Source: Candidatus Saccharimonadota bacterium | GTDB lineage: Bacteria > Pseudomonadota > Gammaproteobacteria > Burkholderiales > Burkholderiaceae | Reading direction: 5' to 3' | DNA length: 32,000 nucleotides | NCBI RefSeq assembly: GCF_016593155.1 | Contig: NZ_AP023215.1 | Location: 90,001-122,000, forward strand | Shown here: in pieces, positions 28,067 through 32,000 of the stretch | How positions within the stretch are numbered: the first letter of the stretch is position 1 | Layout: every line of letters begins with the position of its first letter | Position numbers and translations under genes: made by a program | The notes under the pieces: generated by a model | Told to the model about the DNA's origin: nothing | Database searches by the model: none | The model's input: only the letters and a program-made list of their open reading frames with translations

Positions 28067-30445
28067 ATGATTGAAATTGAAATAGATGGAAAAAAAATAA
28101 ATATTACTAAAAAAAGTATGATATTAGAGGTTGCAAATAAAATTGGTATTTATATTCCACATTTTTGTTATCATAAAAAATTAACTATTGCGGCAAATTG
28201 TAGAATGTGTTTAGTAGAAATAGAGGGGGTAAATAAGTTATTACCAGCTTGCGCAACTCAAGTTTCATCTGGAATGAAAATTCACACAATTAATAATAAA
28301 ATAATAAAAGCACAACAAAATATCATGGAATTTTTACTTATCAATCATCCATTAGATTGCCCAATTTGTGATAAAGGAGGGGAATGTAAATTACAAGATT
28401 TTTCTGTTGAATATGGTAAATCTATTTCACGTTATAAAGAAGAAAAACGTTTAATCTCCCCTAAAAATGCAGGACCATTAATTTCAATGAAAGAAATGAA
28501 TCGCTGCATTTATTGTAGTCGTTGTATTCGATTTGGAAAGGAAATTTCTGGTTTAATGGAATTAGGAATGATAGGACGAGGAGAAAATTCTAAAATTGTT
28601 ACTTTTACTGGTGAATCTATTAATTCCGAATTATCTGGAAATATGATTGATTTATGTCCTGTTGGCGCATTAACATCAAAACCCTTTCGATATAAAATAA
28701 GAACTTGGGAATTATTAAATTATAAATCTATTAGCCCGCATGATAGCTTAGGATCTAATTTAAATATACATGTAAAAAAAAATAAAGTAATGAGAGTTTT
28801 ACCATTAGAAAATGAAGAATTAAATGAATGCTGGATTTCTGATAGAGATCGTTTTTCTTATGAAGGACTTATTTCTTCTGATCGTTTAACCAATCCAATG
28901 ATTAAAAAAAATAATAAATGGATCAAGGTAAGTTGGTTAATTGCATTAGAATATATTACAAAAAATTTACGGAATATTATAAAAAAATATGGTACTGATT
29001 CTATTGCTGCACTTACAACATCTATATCAACACTTGAAGAATTAATATTACTGCAAAAGATAATACGAGGACTAGGTTCTGAAAATATCGATTTTCGTTT
29101 ACGACAGTTAGATTTTTCTTTAGACAATAAAATTATACCATGGCTTGGTATGTCAATTTCTGAATTATCTCAATTAAATCATGTTTTAATTATAGGATCT
29201 TTCTTAAGAAAAGATCATCCATTATTTGCCGCAAAATTACGCTATGCCGCTAAAAATGGAGCTTGTATTAATTTATTACATGCTACTGATGATGATTTAT
29301 TAATGCCCATAACTAATAAAATTATTATAGAACCATCTAAATGGTTAGAAGCACTGAATCAAATAATTGTTTCTATTGCTATTAAAAAATCAATTGATAT
29401 TCCTAATCATTTAAATAAAATAAAAATTTCAAAAATTTCCGAATTAATTGCCGATGATTTATTATCTAATGGATTAAAATCAGTATTACTTGGAAACACA
29501 CTTACTCAACATCCAAACTCCTCTCAATTACACATCGCAGCACAATGGATTGCCACGAAAACTAATTCTAAATTTGGTTATTTTGTAGAAGGAGCTAATA
29601 CTGTAGGCGGATATATAGCTAATGCTTTTCCAAATAAATATGGTATTAATGCTCATCAATTATTACACTTACCTAGAAAATCTTATTTATTACTTAATTC
29701 TGAATTACAACTTGATTGCGCTAATCCTCAAACAGCGTTAAATTCTTTAAAGCAAGCAAAATTAGTAATAATCATGTCACCATATAAACATAATTTAGAT
29801 TATGCTAATGTATTATTGCCAATTTCCCCATTTACAGAAAATTCTGGAACCTTTATTAACGCAGAAGGTCGTATACAAAACTTCTCAAACGTAGTAAAAC
29901 CATTAGGTAAAACACGACCCGCATGGGAGGTATTAAAGATATTAGGTAATTTATTAAAATTATCAAATTTTAATTATAATAGTTCACAAGAAATTTACAA
30001 AGATTTTATTAAAAATATTAATGATACAAAAAAAATAAAAAATCGTTTAAATAATATTGTTCCTAATTCAATTATAAATACTTTAATTAATAAATATAAT
30101 TATACTTTATCAAAAAATTATACTTCAGAAACATTACTAAATAATCTTGAACGTATTTCTGATATACCAATTTATTTTACTGATTCTATTGTAAGAAGAG
30201 CATTATCTTTACAAAAAACTAATGATGCAAATATACCATTAGCTTGGATATCAAAAATGATATCACAAAAATTAAAAATAATTAAAAATGATCGCGTCAA
30301 AATTAGACAAGATCAATATAGCATCGAATTAAATGCTGCAATTGATGATAAATTACCAAATAATGTAATACGCATATCAACTGGTCATAATAGTACTATT
30401 ACCTTAAATAAAATGTTTGGAAAAATTACATTGGAGAAAATATGA
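28067..30445 (+). CDS. nuoG: NADH-quinone oxidoreductase subunit G
   Basis: 792-aa ORF with an N-terminal 2Fe-2S ferredoxin fold (CRMCLVE), [24 protein letters not shown] and a molybdopterin-like C-terminal domain. Its stop overlaps the nuoH start (ATGA). Confidence 0.96.
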   Translation: MIEIEIDGKKINITKKSMILEVANKIGIYIPHFCYHKKLTIAANCRMCLVEIEGVNKLLPACATQVSSGMKIHTINNKIIKAQQNIMEFLLINHPLDCPICDKGGECKLQDFSVEYGKSISRYKEEKRLISPKNAGPLISMKEMNRCIYCSRCIRFGKEISGLMELGMIGRGENSKIVTFTGESINSELSGNMIDLCPVGALTSKPFRYKIRTWELLNYKSISPHDSLGSNLNIHVKKNKVMRVLPLENEELNECWISDRDRFSYEGLISSDRLTNPMIKKNNKWIKVSWLIALEYITKNLRNIIKKYGTDSIAALTTSISTLEELILLQKIIRGLGSENIDFRLRQLDFSLDNKIIPWLGMSISELSQLNHVLIIGSFLRKDHPLFAAKLRYAAKNGACINLLHATDDDLLMPITNKIIIEPSKWLEALNQIIVSIAIKKSIDIPNHLNKIKISKISELIADDLLSNGLKSVLLGNTLTQHPNSSQLHIAAQWIATKTNSKFGYFVEGANTVGGYIANAFPNKYGINAHQLLHLPRKSYLLLNSELQLDCANPQTALNSLKQAKLVIIMSPYKHNLDYANVLLPISPFTENSGTFINAEGRIQNFSNVVKPLGKTRPAWEVLKILGNLLKLSNFNYNSSQEIYKDFIKNINDTKKIKNRLNNIVPNSIINTLINKYNYTLSKNYTSETLLNNLERISDIPIYFTDSIVRRALSLQKTNDANIPLAWISKMISQKLKIIKNDRVKIRQDQYSIELNAAIDDKLPNNVIRISTGHNSTITLNKMFGKITLEKI

Positions 30446-31473
30446 TTTTTAATCAATATTTATTAGACTTTTTTCAACTTTTTTCTAAAATAATTTTAAC
30501 TGTATTAATATTATTATTATCTGTAGCATATTTAACTTATTGGGAGCGCAAATTAATTGGATGGATGCATGTTCGAATTGGTCCTAATCGTGTTGGTTTT
30601 TTTGGTCTATTACAACCAATTGCTGATACATTAAAATTGCTTTTAAAAGAAATTACAGTACCCAAAAAAGCTAATAAATTTTTATTTTTTTTAGCCCCAA
30701 TTATAAGCATAATGCCAGCAATAGCTGTTTGGTCTATAATTCCATTTAGCCCAGAACATGTATTTTCTAATATAAATTCTGGATTATTATTTATTATGAC
30801 TATTACTTCAATAGAAATTTATGGCGTAATTATCGCTGGATGGTCTTCAAATTCAAAATATGCATTTCTTGGATCTATGCGAGCATCAGCTCAAATGATA
30901 TCATATGAAATAGTAATGGGATTTTGTTTAGTTATTATACTTATGGTAACTGGAAGCTTAAATTTAACAAAAATAGTTATTAATCAAAATAATGGTTACT
31001 TTTCTAATATAGGTTTAAGTTTTTTATCATGGAATTGGTTGTCATTATTTCCAATTTTTATAATTTATATTATATCTTGTATCGCAGAAACGAATCGTCA
31101 TCCATTTGATATAGTAGAAGGTGAATCAGAAATAGTTGCTGGGTATATGATTGAATATTCAGGAATGTCTTTTGCTATTTTTTTCTTAGCCGAATATGCT
31201 AATATGATTTTATCTGGAATATTAATATCTTTATTATTCTTAGGTGGATGGATAGCACCATTAAAAATATTAAATTTTATTCCATTTTGGATTTGGTTAG
31301 GAATTAAAACATTTTTTATTTTATTTATATTTATTTGGATTAGAGCATCATTGCCTCGTTATCGTTATGATCAAATTATGCGTTTAGGTTGGAAAATATT
31401 TATTCCAATAATTTTATTTTTTCTAATTATTTACGCATTCTGGATTAAAAGCCCTTTAAATATTTGGAAATAA
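30442..31473 (+). CDS. nuoH: NADH-quinone oxidoreductase subunit H
   Basis: 343-aa polytopic membrane ORF with [28 protein letters not shown] and [10 protein letters not shown]. Confidence 0.96.
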   Translation: MIFNQYLLDFFQLFSKIILTVLILLLSVAYLTYWERKLIGWMHVRIGPNRVGFFGLLQPIADTLKLLLKEITVPKKANKFLFFLAPIISIMPAIAVWSIIPFSPEHVFSNINSGLLFIMTITSIEIYGVIIAGWSSNSKYAFLGSMRASAQMISYEIVMGFCLVIILMVTGSLNLTKIVINQNNGYFSNIGLSFLSWNWLSLFPIFIIYIISCIAETNRHPFDIVEGESEIVAGYMIEYSGMSFAIFFLAEYANMILSGILISLLFLGGWIAPLKILNFIPFWIWLGIKTFFILFIFIWIRASLPRYRYDQIMRLGWKIFIPIILFFLIIYAFWIKSPLNIWK

Positions 31474-31482
31474 AATATTTAT

Positions 31483-31490
31483 CCCCCCCC
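31483..31490. repeat. C8 homopolymer in the nuoH-nuoI spacer
   Basis: ATCCCCCCCCTTG read directly. It is the longest G/C homopolymer I see in the window. It begins 10 nt after the nuoH stop and ends 31 nt before the nuoI ATG. Confidence 0.9.
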
Positions 31491-31521
31491 TTGATGAACT
31501 TTTATAAATTATATAAATAAA

Positions 31522-32000
31522 ATGAAAATAATTAAAAATTTTTTAAAAAGTATAATGCTAATTGAATTAATTAAAGGATTAATATTAACTGGACGTTACT
31601 TATTTTCAAAAAAAATTACGATTCAATACCCAGAAGAAAAAACACCACAATCTCCACGTTTTCGTGGATTACATGCATTACGCCGTTACCCAAATGGTGA
31701 AGAACGCTGTATTGCTTGTAAATTATGCGAAACTATTTGTCCTGCTATGGCTATTACAATTGAATCTGAAGAACGATTTGATGGTTCAAGACGAACTAAA
31801 CGTTATGATATTGATTTAACTAAATGTATCTTTTGTGGATTATGCGAAGAATCTTGCCCAGTTGATTCAATTGTTGAAACACATATTATAGAATATTATG
31901 GGGAAAAACGTAATGATTTATATTATACAAAAGAAATGTTATTAAAAATCGGTGATAAATATGAAAAAGAGATTTCAAAAACAAAAACTCTAGATTCATT
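31522..32000 (+). CDS. nuoI: NADH-quinone oxidoreductase subunit I (3' end runs off the window)
   Basis: I translated this by hand because it is absent from the ORF track (no stop inside the window). It reads [20 protein letters not shown]...[29 protein letters not shown]...[12 protein letters not shown]. The two 4Fe-4S CxxCxxCxxxCP motifs are present, and 159 codons are visible. Confidence 0.93.
   Translation, partial: MKIIKNFLKSIMLIELIKGLILTGRYLFSKKITIQYPEEKTPQSPRFRGLHALRRYPNGEERCIACKLCETICPAMAITIESEERFDGSRRTKRYDIDLTKCIFCGLCEESCPVDSIVETHIIEYYGEKRNDLYYTKEMLLKIGDKYEKEISKTKTLDS

Overview
Very AT-rich, gene-dense, almost entirely housekeeping segment. It reads like the chromosome of a genome-reduced betaproteobacterial endosymbiont. 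The lineage clues are a Burkholderiales-style CspA ending [11 protein letters not shown], the secG - tRNA-Leu(GAG) - nuoA linkage, and unfused nuoC and nuoD. The species cannot be named without a database search.

I can support 26 complete CDS, one 3'-partial CDS (nuoI) and one tRNA, all under the standard genetic code. In order they are clpP-clpX-lon, cspA, bioD and trxB (minus strand), ftsK, rmuC, greA, rlmE-ftsH, argS, fmt (minus strand), truA, accD, htpX, ibpA, secG, tRNA-Leu and nuoA-nuoI.

I see no transposase, integrase, phage gene, CRISPR array, toxin-antitoxin pair or recognisable defence gene. I do not find a novel multi-gene system here, and I would rather say so than invent one.

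The features worth a second look are:
- ftsK carries a base-perfect 33-bp x 11-12 in-frame tandem array in place of its linker. It also lacks the C-terminal gamma domain and has a minimal, homopolymer-riddled N-terminus.
- A candidate ROSE-type RNA thermometer hairpin (UCGCU opposite the AAGGAG SD) sits in front of ibpA, with a CTTGAA box upstream.
- Four oversized spacers of about 90% A+T total about 3.3 kb, while most other spacers are under 150 bp (two reach 230-237 bp). They sit where conserved neighbours would be expected, so they are probably eroded genes. They contain a few non-random repeats and palindromes.
- Smaller oddities include an orphan bioD, a C8 tract in the nuoH-nuoI spacer, poly(A/T) runs of 10 or more inside intact genes, and a 17-bp convergent argS/fmt junction.

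All family assignments come from motifs I can read in the translations and from remembered synteny. None was checked against a database.
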